Virus record (IMG/VR): IMGVR_UViG_3300033407_000006
Location: 1 to 64,000 of that record
Source: a virus
Taxonomy: Duplodnaviria > Caudoviricetes
Length of the DNA: 64,000 nt
Reading direction: 5' to 3' (one strand)
The notes under the pieces are model-generated. The model saw nothing but the letters and a program-made list of their open reading frames with translations, did not search any database and was not told where the DNA came from. Each line of letters begins with the position of its first letter. Position 1 is the first letter of the stretch. Of this stretch, positions 48,438 through 58,429 are shown one piece after another. The translations under genes were made by a program, and so were the position numbers.

Positions 48438-50872
48438 GGCGCGGCCACCTGCACCAGATATGGCTGGTCCACAATCGACCAGTAGGCGCTCCCAGCAATC
48501 CTCGCCCAGCTCACCACCTCCGTCTCCCCTGCTGCCGTAGCAGCCCATTCAGACGGGGCCTCGATGTTCGCGGTGTTGATTCCAATAGCATGAGGTCCGC
48601 CTGTGTGAGTGATTGACACCACCACCTGTATTTCCTCTCCGGCACTCAGGGAGTCCAGAATGTCATTGATGGTAAATGCTCCATTGGCGTCTATATGCAC
48701 CCTGGCAGCTTTGCCTGTTGCTGCGCCGGTTGCGTCGATATCAATACTGCCCGTTGGGTTAGCGATGGTCTGAAACTCCCATTTGGGGCTGCGAAAGAGG
48801 GCATTCAGCACGGCTGATTTTATAGCCTGCCAAACCCGCACAACGCTCCAACTCCGCAGTGCAACCTCCGTCCCGGCCTCGGCTTCTCCTTGCGTTACCG
48901 CAGTAGGGTTAGCCTCGGCATTGCTAGGAGCATGGGCTGATTGGCTGTGCGCCAGGGCCGCAGCCAAGTCAGCCGCCTCCTGAACCGTCAGGAATGAGCT
49001 TGGCTTGCCGGTGATGTTGCTCCAATCGACGACGATATCCAGCCCTTCCTGTTCGCTGAGCTTCACCCAGGACGGATTCACCCAGCGGTAAATCGCCCAT
49101 CCGCTATCCACGGTCGCGTCGGCGCTGGCATCGGCAACAAACACATGTGGGTACTGCGCCCCGTCCAGCAAATCTCTGGCGGCGATGTCGAGGACACCCA
49201 GGGCGGGCTGGCGGGACTCGGGCGGCAGTTGGGAAAGCGGAACCAAGCCGCCCACCAGATCCGCCTTTGCATTCAAGGCCGCCTGCTGCGCCGTCGATAC
49301 CGGCTTGTCCGCGTCCGCCGTGTTGTCCACGTTGCCGAGGCCGATATCGGCCTTTGTCGTGCCATGCGGGTTTCCGGTCACGTCCCGGTGCGCGTTGTTG
49401 GCGGTGATGTCGGCCTGCTCCTGCGACGTGGTGCCGTGCTGCGTCCCTGCGAGGTGCGCCGCAACGGCCCCTTGCGCCTCGAAAGCTCCCCGGCTCCCGT
49501 CCGCGAGGGCGTATTGCGGGTGATCATCGTCAGTCAGCCCCGTAGAGCTGCCATGGTCCTGTTGGGCGGACTGCGTGATGCTGGCCCGGCTTCCGACGAC
49601 CTTGACCAGCCGGACAATCGCCGCCCGGATGCTGTTGGTGTAGGCTTGGGGAGCGTTTGCGTTACGGCGCAGCGTCACCTGAGCAATCGGGGCCATTTCC
49701 TGAAACGGCAATTCATCCCAGGTGATGTTTGCCACCGTCTCGGCATGAGCGGCCTCCGGTGTTGCGAAAACCTGTTGCCCAGGAACGATGACGATTTGCC
49801 GGGTTGCTGCTGGCGTCGGGGTAATGGCCGTCGTCGGCAGGGCCGGGAGGGCGAAAACAAAGACGTTGCAGTAATTGTCTTCAGGCACGGCGGTGCGCTG
49901 CCAGGTCGCGCCCGTGAACTGGTTGTACTGAAGCAGGTTCCCGCTGTAAAGACAGGGCAATGCCTGATTCGGCGTGAGAATCCAGGTGCCGTCCGCCCCG
50001 GCCCGCTCGGCCAGCATGTAGGGGCCACCCACCGGCAGCGCCTCGGTGACAACCGAGATGTCTTCGTCCACCACCGTTCCAGAGGCCACGGCAAACGTCA
50101 GCGCCGCGTCGCTGGCTCCGTCGTCAAGGACGTACCCACTGACGCCGAAACCCTCGTAGCTCATGGTCCCGTCAAGCAGGTGCAGGCGTTGATGCAGCCA
50201 TACGTCGCGCCCGGCATGGTGCAGCTCGAAGAAGGGGATCGCCACCGAGTTCGTCATGCACCACATGACGTAGGAGACCGGCGCGGTCTGAGGCAGATAC
50301 CAGACGGATTGAGATGTCACCAGCGACCCTGTGTTGTCCACATAGATGAAGTGTCCGCCCTGCGTCGCCGGGTGCTGAATGGATCGCGCCCCGGTAAAGA
50401 CATACTCCGTGCCGTCCACGAAGACGCTGAAGGTCGCTCCCGTGGGCGTAATGGTCAGCGTTCGAGTCGTTTCGTTGTAGTTCAGCGAGACGAAATAGTT
50501 GCCCTCGGCATCCGCCGGGAAGCCGCTCAACCTCGCCCGTGCTGAAATGGCCGCAGCCGTCGCTGCCGCGTCGGCTTTGTCCGCCGGGTCGATATGGGTC
50601 TGGTATTTCAGCCAAATTCCGGCCCCGCCGTTGTACGCGGCATCCGCAGGAAGCCCGCCGATCCGCAGGTGATAGACGCCGGTGTCCGCCCGGTGAAAAA
50701 GCTCGCCGTCCTCCGGGGCCGGATACGGATTCGGCAGCGGGTTGCCGTCCACGTCGGCAATGGCCGCCAGGGTGCCCGTGTTGGTCCCGTGGTCAAAGCC
50801 TTGCGCCTCGTAGACGGCAATGCTTGTCCCGGCTGGAAACGGCGCGATGCGGACGTTCTGCGCGGCTTCCAT
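48434..50872 (-). CDS. Tail fibre/spike-like protein
   Basis: 812 aa; 'GLGNVDNTADADKPVSTAQQAAL' fibre motif; N-terminus paralogous to 51606-52709. Confidence 0.8.
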   Translation of the reverse strand: MEAAQNVRIAPFPAGTSIAVYEAQGFDHGTNTGTLAAIADVDGNPLPNPYPAPEDGELFHRADTGVYHLRIGGLPADAAYNGGAGIWLKYQTHIDPADKADAAATAAAISARARLSGFPADAEGNYFVSLNYNETTRTLTITPTGATFSVFVDGTEYVFTGARSIQHPATQGGHFIYVDNTGSLVTSQSVWYLPQTAPVSYVMWCMTNSVAIPFFELHHAGRDVWLHQRLHLLDGTMSYEGFGVSGYVLDDGASDAALTFAVASGTVVDEDISVVTEALPVGGPYMLAERAGADGTWILTPNQALPCLYSGNLLQYNQFTGATWQRTAVPEDNYCNVFVFALPALPTTAITPTPAATRQIVIVPGQQVFATPEAAHAETVANITWDELPFQEMAPIAQVTLRRNANAPQAYTNSIRAAIVRLVKVVGSRASITQSAQQDHGSSTGLTDDDHPQYALADGSRGAFEAQGAVAAHLAGTQHGTTSQEQADITANNAHRDVTGNPHGTTKADIGLGNVDNTADADKPVSTAQQAALNAKADLVGGLVPLSQLPPESRQPALGVLDIAARDLLDGAQYPHVFVADASADATVDSGWAIYRWVNPSWVKLSEQEGLDIVVDWSNITGKPSSFLTVQEAADLAAALAHSQSAHAPSNAEANPTAVTQGEAEAGTEVALRSWSVVRVWQAIKSAVLNALFRSPKWEFQTIANPTGSIDIDATGAATGKAARVHIDANGAFTINDILDSLSAGEEIQVVVSITHTGGPHAIGINTANIEAPSEWAATAAGETEVVSWARIAGSAYWSIVDQPYLVQVAAP

Positions 50873-51603
50873 CAGGCAAAGGCTCCTGCGACAAGGGCGT
50901 CAATTTCTTCCCTTGTGGCCGTTTCCGGCAGAGCCGCAAGGGCATCAAGCGCGGCCTGCTGTTTGCCGAGAATCGCCCCGGAAGCGGCCTTGAAGGCGTT
51001 CGCGTTCGCCAAGATCTTCCCGGCAAGTTCGGCCTTGGAGATGCCGCGCCCGGCGGCGAGAGCGTCAAGCATCGGCGTCTCAGCGGAAGGGTCGGCAAGG
51101 TGCGCCCTGGCCTCTGCCTGCTGATCGGCCCAGGTCTCGCGCTCTTCGGGGCGATAGGGGGTTGCCAGCGCCTTCAGCCGATTTGCCCCTTCGCCACGGA
51201 CGCGCTTTTTTGCGAGTTCGAGCAGTTGGGCCACGGTCAGCGGATCGGGATAAACAGCAACGGGAAAGCCGTTTTCATCGGGCTGAATCGTCGCGCCGAG
51301 ACTTTGCTCTTTCAGAATCTCCGCATGCCGTTCTTCGGTGATCTCTACGGCGTCATCCGGGATCGATGAGGCCAGATTCGGGATATCCACCGTGGGCGGC
51401 TGAACGGAAAAGTCCGGGACGGAAACCGTGACGGTCTCTTCCGTGTCGTTGCGGCGCTCTTCACCGTGGACCGTGACGGCCTCCCCAGGCTCCAAGCTGA
51501 ACTCCACCATGGGCCTTACCCAATCAGGATCTTGGACCGTGAGCTTTTTCGCGCCATGGATGTCGTCTCGATAAAACCCAGCCTTGTAATAGATTTTTCC
51601 CAT
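50872..51603 (-). CDS. Tail fibre assembly chaperone
   Basis: 'GFY..DIHG...IPDDAVEITEERH...G..I.PDENGFP'. Confidence 0.8.
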   Translation of the reverse strand: MGKIYYKAGFYRDDIHGAKKLTVQDPDWVRPMVEFSLEPGEAVTVHGEERRNDTEETVTVSVPDFSVQPPTVDIPNLASSIPDDAVEITEERHAEILKEQSLGATIQPDENGFPVAVYPDPLTVAQLLELAKKRVRGEGANRLKALATPYRPEERETWADQQAEARAHLADPSAETPMLDALAAGRGISKAELAGKILANANAFKAASGAILGKQQAALDALAALPETATREEIDALVAGAFA

Positions 51604-51605
51604 CG

Positions 51606-52709
51606 CTATCTCCCTATCGCAAGCCAGAAAAAACCGTAGCCGGTCTTGTCGGAGTCCGCATTTGCGTCATGGACTTTGTAAGTGAAGCTGGCAAGGTCGT
51701 TGTTGGCAAAATCGACTACCTCGGTGAACGTGTCCCAGTTGACGGTTGAGGCAGTCCGCTTGTTGGTGATCTGGATATTGTCGCAGGAGGCCGTAAATTG
51801 AACGGGGAAGTTGATGGTCGCGTCATAGAAATCGGAGAACTCGCCGATAGTGACGAACCCCCACTGGATGATCGTCCTGGCGTCAGGCAAGCCAAACCCT
51901 GCCGGGAGGATCTGGTATCCGCTTGTTCCGCCGTGGACGCTGTGGAATGCGGCGCTGTATCGGTGCAGAACGCTCCCGCCCGTCAATGCCCATGCCGAAC
52001 CCGTGAAGGTGAATGTCGCGGAATCCCCGATCTCCAGGATCACCCCGCTGGTAACTCCGCTGTCCGGAGGGACCAGCATGTTCGATCCGGTCAGTTGCAG
52101 GTAGTCGCTTCCGTGGTTGACCACTTCAATTTTTTGCCCGGCGGACAAGGACGCCGTTGGCGGCATGGCAACCGTGCTTGCAGAGTCTATGGCTACCCGG
52201 ACGGTTTTGCCGACGTGCGTTGCGTCCAGGTCGCCTCCGCTGGTTTTGGTGACGTACCCGCTACGCAGACCCACGGCGGAAACGGCTCCGGGCAAAACAG
52301 CCGGGGTCATTACCCTGGCCGCGTCCGTCAGTGCGTTGGCCTCGGCTTGGGTCGCCAGTTCCACCACGCCCGCCGCTTCCGTCGTGGCCGCGCCCGCTGC
52401 CGCAGGAATATCCGCCGGGTCGAAGTGGGTCACGAAGAGCATCCAGGCACCAGCCCCGCCGTTATAGGCGTTGTCCGCCGCGCTGCCGCTTCCGCCGATC
52501 CGCAGATGGTAGATGCCCGAGGCGGCCCGGTGAAAAAACTCGCTGTAGGCCGTCGTTGCGTAAGGGTTCGCCAGGGCGTTGCCGCTGGCGTCGAAGATGC
52601 TGGAGAGCGTTCCCGTCTTGGTTCCCAGGTTGAAGCCCGCGCTATTGTAGACCGCGACGGTAACGCCAGCAGGGAAAGGCGGGACGCGAAGGTTCTGAAT
52701 CGCTTCCAT
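51606..52709 (-). CDS. Tail fibre protein
   Basis: 'ATTEAAGVVELATQAE' fibre repeat; 'GYQILP...IIQWG' C-terminal domain. Confidence 0.82.
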   Translation of the reverse strand: MEAIQNLRVPPFPAGVTVAVYNSAGFNLGTKTGTLSSIFDASGNALANPYATTAYSEFFHRAASGIYHLRIGGSGSAADNAYNGGAGAWMLFVTHFDPADIPAAAGAATTEAAGVVELATQAEANALTDAARVMTPAVLPGAVSAVGLRSGYVTKTSGGDLDATHVGKTVRVAIDSASTVAMPPTASLSAGQKIEVVNHGSDYLQLTGSNMLVPPDSGVTSGVILEIGDSATFTFTGSAWALTGGSVLHRYSAAFHSVHGGTSGYQILPAGFGLPDARTIIQWGFVTIGEFSDFYDATINFPVQFTASCDNIQITNKRTASTVNWDTFTEVVDFANNDLASFTYKVHDANADSDKTGYGFFWLAIGR

Positions 52710-52723
52710 GGTTGGTCCTTGTG

Positions 52724-53002
52724 TCAGCAGTTGTTTTTAAGTTCGCACTTTGTCTCGACTTTTTTTAGACGTTCCCGGAGATCGCTGTTTTCGTCTTTGA
52801 GCGTGTCAATGCGGGCATGGAGTTTCGCGTTTTCCGCTTCCATTTTTTTCATCGACCGTTCGACCACTTCACCATGCTCATCGATGGTCCGCTCAAGCCG
52901 TTTGAAGTAGTCTTTCCAGGACTTAAAAAGCAGCCCGACGGCGGCAACGAACAAGGCCAAAAGGATATCAGTGTGCTCTGTCAGGCTCCCCGGATTCGTC
53001 AT
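52724..53002 (-). CDS. TM plus coiled-coil lysis-region protein
   Basis: One TM segment followed by a coiled coil. Confidence 0.55.
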   Translation of the reverse strand: MTNPGSLTEHTDILLALFVAAVGLLFKSWKDYFKRLERTIDEHGEVVERSMKKMEAENAKLHARIDTLKDENSDLRERLKKVETKCELKNNC

Positions 53003-53219
53003 TGGTCGCGTCCTTCTCTAGTTTTTGAAGTCTTTCTTTCCGACGCGCCAAAGTCTCTTCCCGTTTTTTACAGAGGCGGCGCAAGTCCCACCATGCTTTC
53101 GCCATCAACGCAACAAGCATGATCCCGATTACGATAACCAAGGGAACGCCTAAGTAACAAAAAACGCAGGCGAGACAAGCAGAACCGGCGGTATGAGGGT
53201 CAGGTAGTGTGCTAATCAC
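52968..53219 (-). CDS. Small membrane protein (lysis region)
   Basis: Long hydrophobic segment, basic tail. Confidence 0.5.
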   Translation of the reverse strand: MISTLPDPHTAGSACLACVFCYLGVPLVIVIGIMLVALMAKAWWDLRRLCKKREETLARRKERLQKLEKDATNDESGEPDRAH

Positions 53220-53704
53220 TTACCGCCCCCTTTGCTCTCCATGAGCTTGATGATCAGCGGCATGACGTTTTTTACGGCCCGCTCACCAAAGAGGAAGCCC
53301 AGGACCAGGATATTGATGATGATCAAAGCGTTCTCTTGCTTCACGGTAAACGTGCCACCGGAAAAGAACCATTGGCAGTCAATCCAGAAAGTTCCGAACC
53401 CCCACACAATGCGCTGAGAGCCCCGAAAAAACAGCATCAGCGGCCCGAAGAACCTGATCTCCTTTAGGTCGGAAGCCGTTCCCTCCATCTCTTTTGTCCG
53501 GTCGTTGAACTGCGCCGTAGCCTCATTGACGAGTTGCTGTGTCTGCAAATCCCTGGCGGCTTCGGCGTCCTTGATCTTGATGGACAACTCCGCTTTTTCT
53601 TTTTCGGTCATGGACGGGGGGAAGTATTTCGTCACCGTGTCCACGATGGAACTCCCGCCGCCCAGGAAAGATGTGACGGCCTTCCCGATACTCAAAATAT
53701 CCAT
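53216..53704 (-). CDS. Holin (GTA 3TM-like)
   Basis: Hydrophobic helices and 'LGFLFGER'; follows the endolysin. Confidence 0.65.
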   Translation of the reverse strand: MDILSIGKAVTSFLGGGSSIVDTVTKYFPPSMTEKEKAELSIKIKDAEAARDLQTQQLVNEATAQFNDRTKEMEGTASDLKEIRFFGPLMLFFRGSQRIVWGFGTFWIDCQWFFSGGTFTVKQENALIIINILVLGFLFGERAVKNVMPLIIKLMESKGGGK

Positions 53705-53708
53705 GGTG

Positions 53709-54155
53709 CTACGCCTCCACGATTTCGATAGTGACTTCTTCGCCGCGCTCCAGCAGGGCCAAAGCTGCCAGTTGGTAGAGTTCGGTGTAGGCCTCCACGG
53801 AACGCCCGACGGAAAACTCGTTGTCCGTGCAGATCCCCGTGAAGCCCACCAGCAAACAGCCCTCGGTATGCTTTTCGGTGTTCCCGATATGCAGATAGAT
53901 GTACTCGAAACCCGGCACGTCGCGCAGCCAGAGCATGCCCTTGTGAAACGGAAACCGCTCGGCGTATTTCTGCGTCATGCCGCCTTCGGTTCTCAGCGTG
54001 ATTCGGTACGTCCCGGCGGGGATGCGGGTCTCCCCGGCCACCTTCACGGCCCGCGCCTCATCCTCGCAGACGTGGCAGAAGAAAACGCCGTTGACGAACA
54101 GGAGCGATCCGGTTGAGTTCTTGCCGTGTCCGTAGCGGTAGAGCCTCAGTTTCAT
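53709..54155 (-). CDS. DUF5675-family putative endolysin
   Basis: 'ETRIPAGTY...IYLHIGN...TEGCLLVG'. Confidence 0.75.
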   Translation of the reverse strand: MKLRLYRYGHGKNSTGSLLFVNGVFFCHVCEDEARAVKVAGETRIPAGTYRITLRTEGGMTQKYAERFPFHKGMLWLRDVPGFEYIYLHIGNTEKHTEGCLLVGFTGICTDNEFSVGRSVEAYTELYQLAALALLERGEEVTIEIVEA

Positions 54156-54162
54156 GGCGGCC

Positions 54163-55173
54163 TCAGATCAGGGTGTTGGGGTCGGAGAACTCGGGGGCGC
54201 TGTTGGCCCGCCCGAAGTGGACATCCTGCTTTTTCGTTTCGGTCGTCTTCGACAGGTAGATTGCCCGGCTTTCACCGATAGGCAGACCCGAGATATTCAC
54301 CGTTTTCGCGCTCTCGAAGAAGCCGACAAGGGTGTTGAAATCGTCTTCCCCGGCCATGCTGATAATGGCCTTGACCACTTTGTCGGGAACAACGACGGGG
54401 CTTTTCTTGGCGGCCTCGAAGATCATCTGTTCCCGTAGAGACTGAGATGCTTTCCCGTTCTTCAGCGCCTCCAGTTCGCGGCGGGCGGCGGCGAGGTCAT
54501 CGCGCAAGGCGCTCTCCAGAATGGCGGCTTCTTCAAGGTGTCCCTGCATTTCAATGGCGCGGACGTGCTCGGTTGCCGCCCAATACTGAAGGTAGCCCTC
54601 GGCCTTGCCTTCCTTGATTCCGGCGGACTTGCAGATGCTTTCCAGGATCAGATCGTGGACCTTGCCCCCGTCTCCGGCGCTCTCCAGGATGTAGCCGCGA
54701 TTCAGCGCGAATCCGGGGTTCATCACATAGTCGAACCCCTGGATTTCGGTGATCTTGGTCGCACCCATCGCGCCGCCGTCGCTGCCGCCGCAGGCCCAGG
54801 AAAACCCGCCCACGCGAGACTCATTCAGCGCCTTGACGACCTTGCCCGGCTCGGTGTTCATGATCTCCTGCGTGTGCGTGACGTTGCCGTTGTCGTCGAT
54901 TTCCAGTGCGGTCGTGACGTTGGAAGGCACGTTTTCCACCAGCAACGGCGCTCCTGTGGGGCCCTTGATGATCTCCACCTCGGAGACGGCCAGCTTGCGG
55001 GCGATTTCGCGCCGCCCGTGCCCGAGATACCCCAGGAGTTCCCGCAGCCTCATCGCCTCTCTCGTTTCGGGGGCGTAACAGGCTTTGCGGGCGTTCTCCA
55101 GGATGTACTTTCGATGGTGCCCGGTGTACTTCCGGCCTTCCTCGAACAGATTGAATCTGCACTCAATTTTCAT
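54163..55173 (-). CDS. pro: Prohead protease
   Basis: 'LGYLGHGRR...GGFSWA...GFDYVMNPGF' resembles P1 Pro. Confidence 0.85.
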   Translation of the reverse strand: MKIECRFNLFEEGRKYTGHHRKYILENARKACYAPETREAMRLRELLGYLGHGRREIARKLAVSEVEIIKGPTGAPLLVENVPSNVTTALEIDDNGNVTHTQEIMNTEPGKVVKALNESRVGGFSWACGGSDGGAMGATKITEIQGFDYVMNPGFALNRGYILESAGDGGKVHDLILESICKSAGIKEGKAEGYLQYWAATEHVRAIEMQGHLEEAAILESALRDDLAAARRELEALKNGKASQSLREQMIFEAAKKSPVVVPDKVVKAIISMAGEDDFNTLVGFFESAKTVNISGLPIGESRAIYLSKTTETKKQDVHFGRANSAPEFSDPNTLI

Positions 55174-55176
55174 CGT

Positions 55177-56823
55177 TCAGTCCTTTCCCTCGTACAGCCG
55201 GTCAAGGTAGTCATTGACTGACCTGTCCAGCGCCGATTCAAACATGGCATCATCTTCCGGAGGTTCCTCGCCGCCCTCTTCCTGGGGGGCTTCGGCTTTC
55301 TTCGCCGGGAAAATCTGCGCGTATTTCTCTTCGGGAACCTTCATCACGTCGGTCCACAAGTAATTGTGGAGAGCGGGCCGGTCCACGGTTTGAAATTCGG
55401 GGTCCGTGGTCTGGATGAGCTGCCCCATCATGGTTGCGAACGTGGCCCGGCTTTCCATGTTCTCCTGCTCCTCGCGCTCCATCGCCGTCGAGACGCTGTT
55501 GAAGACGATGCGCCAGGGGCGTTCGTTGGGCAGGAAGACCTTGCCGTATTTGTAGGCGACGTGAATGTCGCACAGCCGCATTGCCGCGTCGGATACGGCC
55601 TTTCGGAGCATCTGGGCCTTGATTGCCGCCTGAATGGAGAGGCGGAAGAAGCCCCCGTCGCCAAGCCCGCCGGAGAGCAGTTCCCCGAAGCCAAGCAGCG
55701 CCGGATCGATGCCGACGGCGGACCCGAGGCGCTTGACGTGAAACTCGATATCCGCCAAGGCCTCGATATTCGGCGTCCCCTCAATAGCGTTGATGTCCAG
55801 CCGGGCCCGCCCGTCGCCGAAGATGGGGATCAGGTGATTCACGACGGTTTGAACGAAGCCCCGCTTCAGGCTGCGCTCTGCGTCCGCCTTGTTGGCGTTG
55901 TGGATCTGCTTCGCCACCACGTTGAGATATTCGGCGGCCTTGCGCGGGTCCAGCTTGCCGGTGTTGACGCCCACCATGCGCTCCAGGCGGCTGGCATTCT
56001 TCCGGCTCATGTTCAGCGACACGATTGCGTCCTGAAGGTCCATCCACGGGACATAGGCCGTTTCAATAAGGCTGGTTCCGTAATTCTGGCTTTCGTGGAT
56101 CGGCTCGTTGTCGAGGTCTTCCGAAGAGAGGTCGAACAGGTTTGCATCGATGCGCAACGGCTCAACGTCCGGCGTCTGCCAGAGCGGGATGCGAATCGGG
56201 ATCAGCTTCCAGGGCTCCAGCAGTCTCAAGCCCCCGGCCTGGGCCTGCTGATAGGTGGAGACGTAGCCTACGATCTGCCCGCCGCGCTCATAGGCGGCAA
56301 TGTTTTTCGGGTGCGTGTAGAAGTCGCTGCGGACGTTGGTGATGCCCTTTCCACGGTCGCCATAGACGCGGGCGAAGTAGCTGCCATACAGGGCCGCGTT
56401 GTAGGCCCAAAAGTGGCAATTACTGTTCAGGATGTCGGCAAGGGCGTTGCGCAGCTCAAGGACGATGGGGTTCTTTTCGTCGCCGATGGATTCGATAGCG
56501 ATGATCTCGCCGGTGTCTTTCCGGGGCGAGAGTGCCTCGGTGACGTGCATCTTCAGGGCGCTGTCAATCGTGGGGTCTTCGGCCATGGCCCGGTAGATGC
56601 CGTAGCGCTCAAGACGGGATTTTGGCAGCTCGTAAATGGCCTTGCCGTCGCTGTCCTTCGCCGTCGTCGCCAGCGCCGACTGAATACCGCCGCCCAAGAA
56701 ATCCTCATAGGCCGTGGCGGGGGGCGCTATCGCCGATGCGGCAAGGGCGCTCGATTGGTGATCGGTGCTGGTCGTCCCTGGGAAGAGCTGGCCCCAGATC
56801 GTTTTTTTCTTTTTCTCAGCCAC
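55177..56823 (-). CDS. prt: Portal protein
   Basis: 'MAEDPTIDSALKMH...GFGELLSGGLGDGGFFR' resembles P1 Prt. Confidence 0.88.
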   Translation of the reverse strand: MAEKKKKTIWGQLFPGTTSTDHQSSALAASAIAPPATAYEDFLGGGIQSALATTAKDSDGKAIYELPKSRLERYGIYRAMAEDPTIDSALKMHVTEALSPRKDTGEIIAIESIGDEKNPIVLELRNALADILNSNCHFWAYNAALYGSYFARVYGDRGKGITNVRSDFYTHPKNIAAYERGGQIVGYVSTYQQAQAGGLRLLEPWKLIPIRIPLWQTPDVEPLRIDANLFDLSSEDLDNEPIHESQNYGTSLIETAYVPWMDLQDAIVSLNMSRKNASRLERMVGVNTGKLDPRKAAEYLNVVAKQIHNANKADAERSLKRGFVQTVVNHLIPIFGDGRARLDINAIEGTPNIEALADIEFHVKRLGSAVGIDPALLGFGELLSGGLGDGGFFRLSIQAAIKAQMLRKAVSDAAMRLCDIHVAYKYGKVFLPNERPWRIVFNSVSTAMEREEQENMESRATFATMMGQLIQTTDPEFQTVDRPALHNYLWTDVMKVPEEKYAQIFPAKKAEAPQEEGGEEPPEDDAMFESALDRSVNDYLDRLYEGKD

Positions 56824-56954
56824 GTTGCCCCCGCTTTTCGGATTCTGCAACAGCATAGGAGAGGGACAAGGGTAGATAAACAAGCGCAAGGCGATTGAAA
56901 ACATTGCGCTTTCCCGGCTACGGCCCCGGTTTCTCTTCTTGTATCTTTTTTGTG

Positions 56955-56983
56955 TTGACAGATATAGGATGTGAGACTAGAGT
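56955..56983 (+). promoter_or_regulatory. sigma70-type promoter of island 2 (copy of 11559)
   Basis: TTGACA-17-TAGAGT; GTGAGAC-N4-GTTTCAC. Confidence 0.75.
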
Positions 56984-57052
56984 TTCACCATGAAAGGCGG
57001 CGCGGGGCTGCCGGGGCGGACAAGCCGACTCAGGGAGAGGGAGGAAATAGTC

Positions 57053-57295
57053 ATGGGTGCTCAGTTGGTAGAATCGACATGCTCTTACTGCAAAGGTAGC
57101 GGAAAGGCTGAGAGATTGATGGAACAAAACTTCACCGGGGATTGGGTTCCTAACACCATACTAGGGCACGACATTGCAGACGCATGGATCGCCGAGGACA
57201 ATCAAGCCCCGATACGCTGGGAGGATTGCGAGTGTCCGATTTGCGCAGGTGTTGGTAAGTATGAGCTGGAGACAACGCCTTGCCGGATATTTTAA
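57053..57295 (+). CDS. Zn-binding small protein (island 2)
   Basis: CSYCKGSG...CPICAGVG (DnaJ-like CxxCxGxG). Confidence 0.6.
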   Translation: MGAQLVESTCSYCKGSGKAERLMEQNFTGDWVPNTILGHDIADAWIAEDNQAPIRWEDCECPICAGVGKYELETTPCRIF

Positions 57296-57344
57296 CAACT
57301 TGAAGCTACGGGAAACCGGGCTGCCCAACAAAAAGGAGGCAATC

Positions 57345-57875
57345 ATGAGCACATATCGCGTGAGAATCCACGAACTTTCAAGACGCGAGGACGCGGTTGA
57401 TTTGACAACCAACGTCCGCGCCGAAGACCGCAAGGAAGCTGTCGAAAAGGCTACCAAGAAGCTCTTTGGGAAAAACTGCTTCTGGTTCCCGGACAGCGGC
57501 CTCGGCTTCTTTTACGGCCAAGTCTTCAAGCCCGTGTCGCAGAAGCTCGGGGGCGGAAACTCGTCTCAGACCTGCCGGGCCCGCGCCTACGTGGAAGCGG
57601 TCGGCTTCGAGTCGGTTTGGTATTCGCCGCGCAACTTCAACAACGAGGGCTATTATATTTACGGGTCCGCAGGCGAGATCCACGCCTTTTTCAAGGAAAA
57701 GGTTGCCGGAGACGCGGATTCGGGATGGGGCATGCACCGGGACCACCGAACCCTTGAGGGGGCCAGGAACCGGGCCGAAAAGTCCGCACGAAGCGACAAT
57801 GCCGGACACATCCGTTGCGGAGAGATTGCCTGTATCTCTGCGGTCCACGTCTCGGAGATTTGGGAGGGAAAATGA
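57345..57875 (+). CDS. Hypothetical protein (island 2)
   Basis: RBS AAGGAGG. Confidence 0.7.
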   Translation: MSTYRVRIHELSRREDAVDLTTNVRAEDRKEAVEKATKKLFGKNCFWFPDSGLGFFYGQVFKPVSQKLGGGNSSQTCRARAYVEAVGFESVWYSPRNFNNEGYYIYGSAGEIHAFFKEKVAGDADSGWGMHRDHRTLEGARNRAEKSARSDNAGHIRCGEIACISAVHVSEIWEGK

Positions 57876-58207
57876 AAACCTATCGTTTTGACGGTAACAG
57901 CCATTGTGCCCCGGCCTATACATGCAGCATCCCCGGCGACAACTCCGGGGATTACCTTCGTCTTGAAGAGGTAGAAGAGGTCATGGCTGCCGAGATCCTG
58001 CGGCTGGAAGAAAAGGGGCTCCATGCCGCCATGAATCTGGGAATTGGCGCCCAGGTAGCGATCCACGCCGATGAAAGAGCGGCGCGGTTTCATTTCGCAC
58101 TGGTGACAGGGACCGCAGTTTCTGGACATCACCTTGAGGAACGCCTTGCAAAAGCCAAGGCACGGGTCAGGGCGAAGCAGGAGGCAAATCGTGTTCGTGG
58201 TGGTTGA
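57872..58207 (+). CDS. Hypothetical protein (island 2)
   Basis: ATGA overlap, RBS GGAGGG. Confidence 0.6.
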   Translation: MKTYRFDGNSHCAPAYTCSIPGDNSGDYLRLEEVEEVMAAEILRLEEKGLHAAMNLGIGAQVAIHADERAARFHFALVTGTAVSGHHLEERLAKAKARVRAKQEANRVRGG

Positions 58208-58373
58208 TACGGCGGAACAGGGCAGCGGCTACCTGGGCCGGATCTTGTCGCAGCATCGCAGTATCGCAGTTGCGGAAAAGCACCGGCCCGATGCACAGGG
58301 TATCCGCGTTGTGGAGACATGTTGTTTACTCAGGCGCGGCGAGAAGCTGCATTGGACGGAAGTGAAAGCGTAG
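58191..58373 (+). CDS. Small hypothetical protein (island 2)
   Basis: GGAGG before GTG. Confidence 0.5.
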   Translation: MFVVVDTAEQGSGYLGRILSQHRSIAVAEKHRPDAQGIRVVETCCLLRRGEKLHWTEVKA

Positions 58374-58429
58374 AGGGTGCGGAATCGAGACTTTTTTAAA
58401 GCGGCCATAACGGCCAAAGGAGAACACCA

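Noticed and set aside
46016-52709. DGR or Cin-type invertible fibre switch
   Set aside because: No reverse transcriptase, no TR/VR near-repeat, no invertase or inverted crossover sites seen
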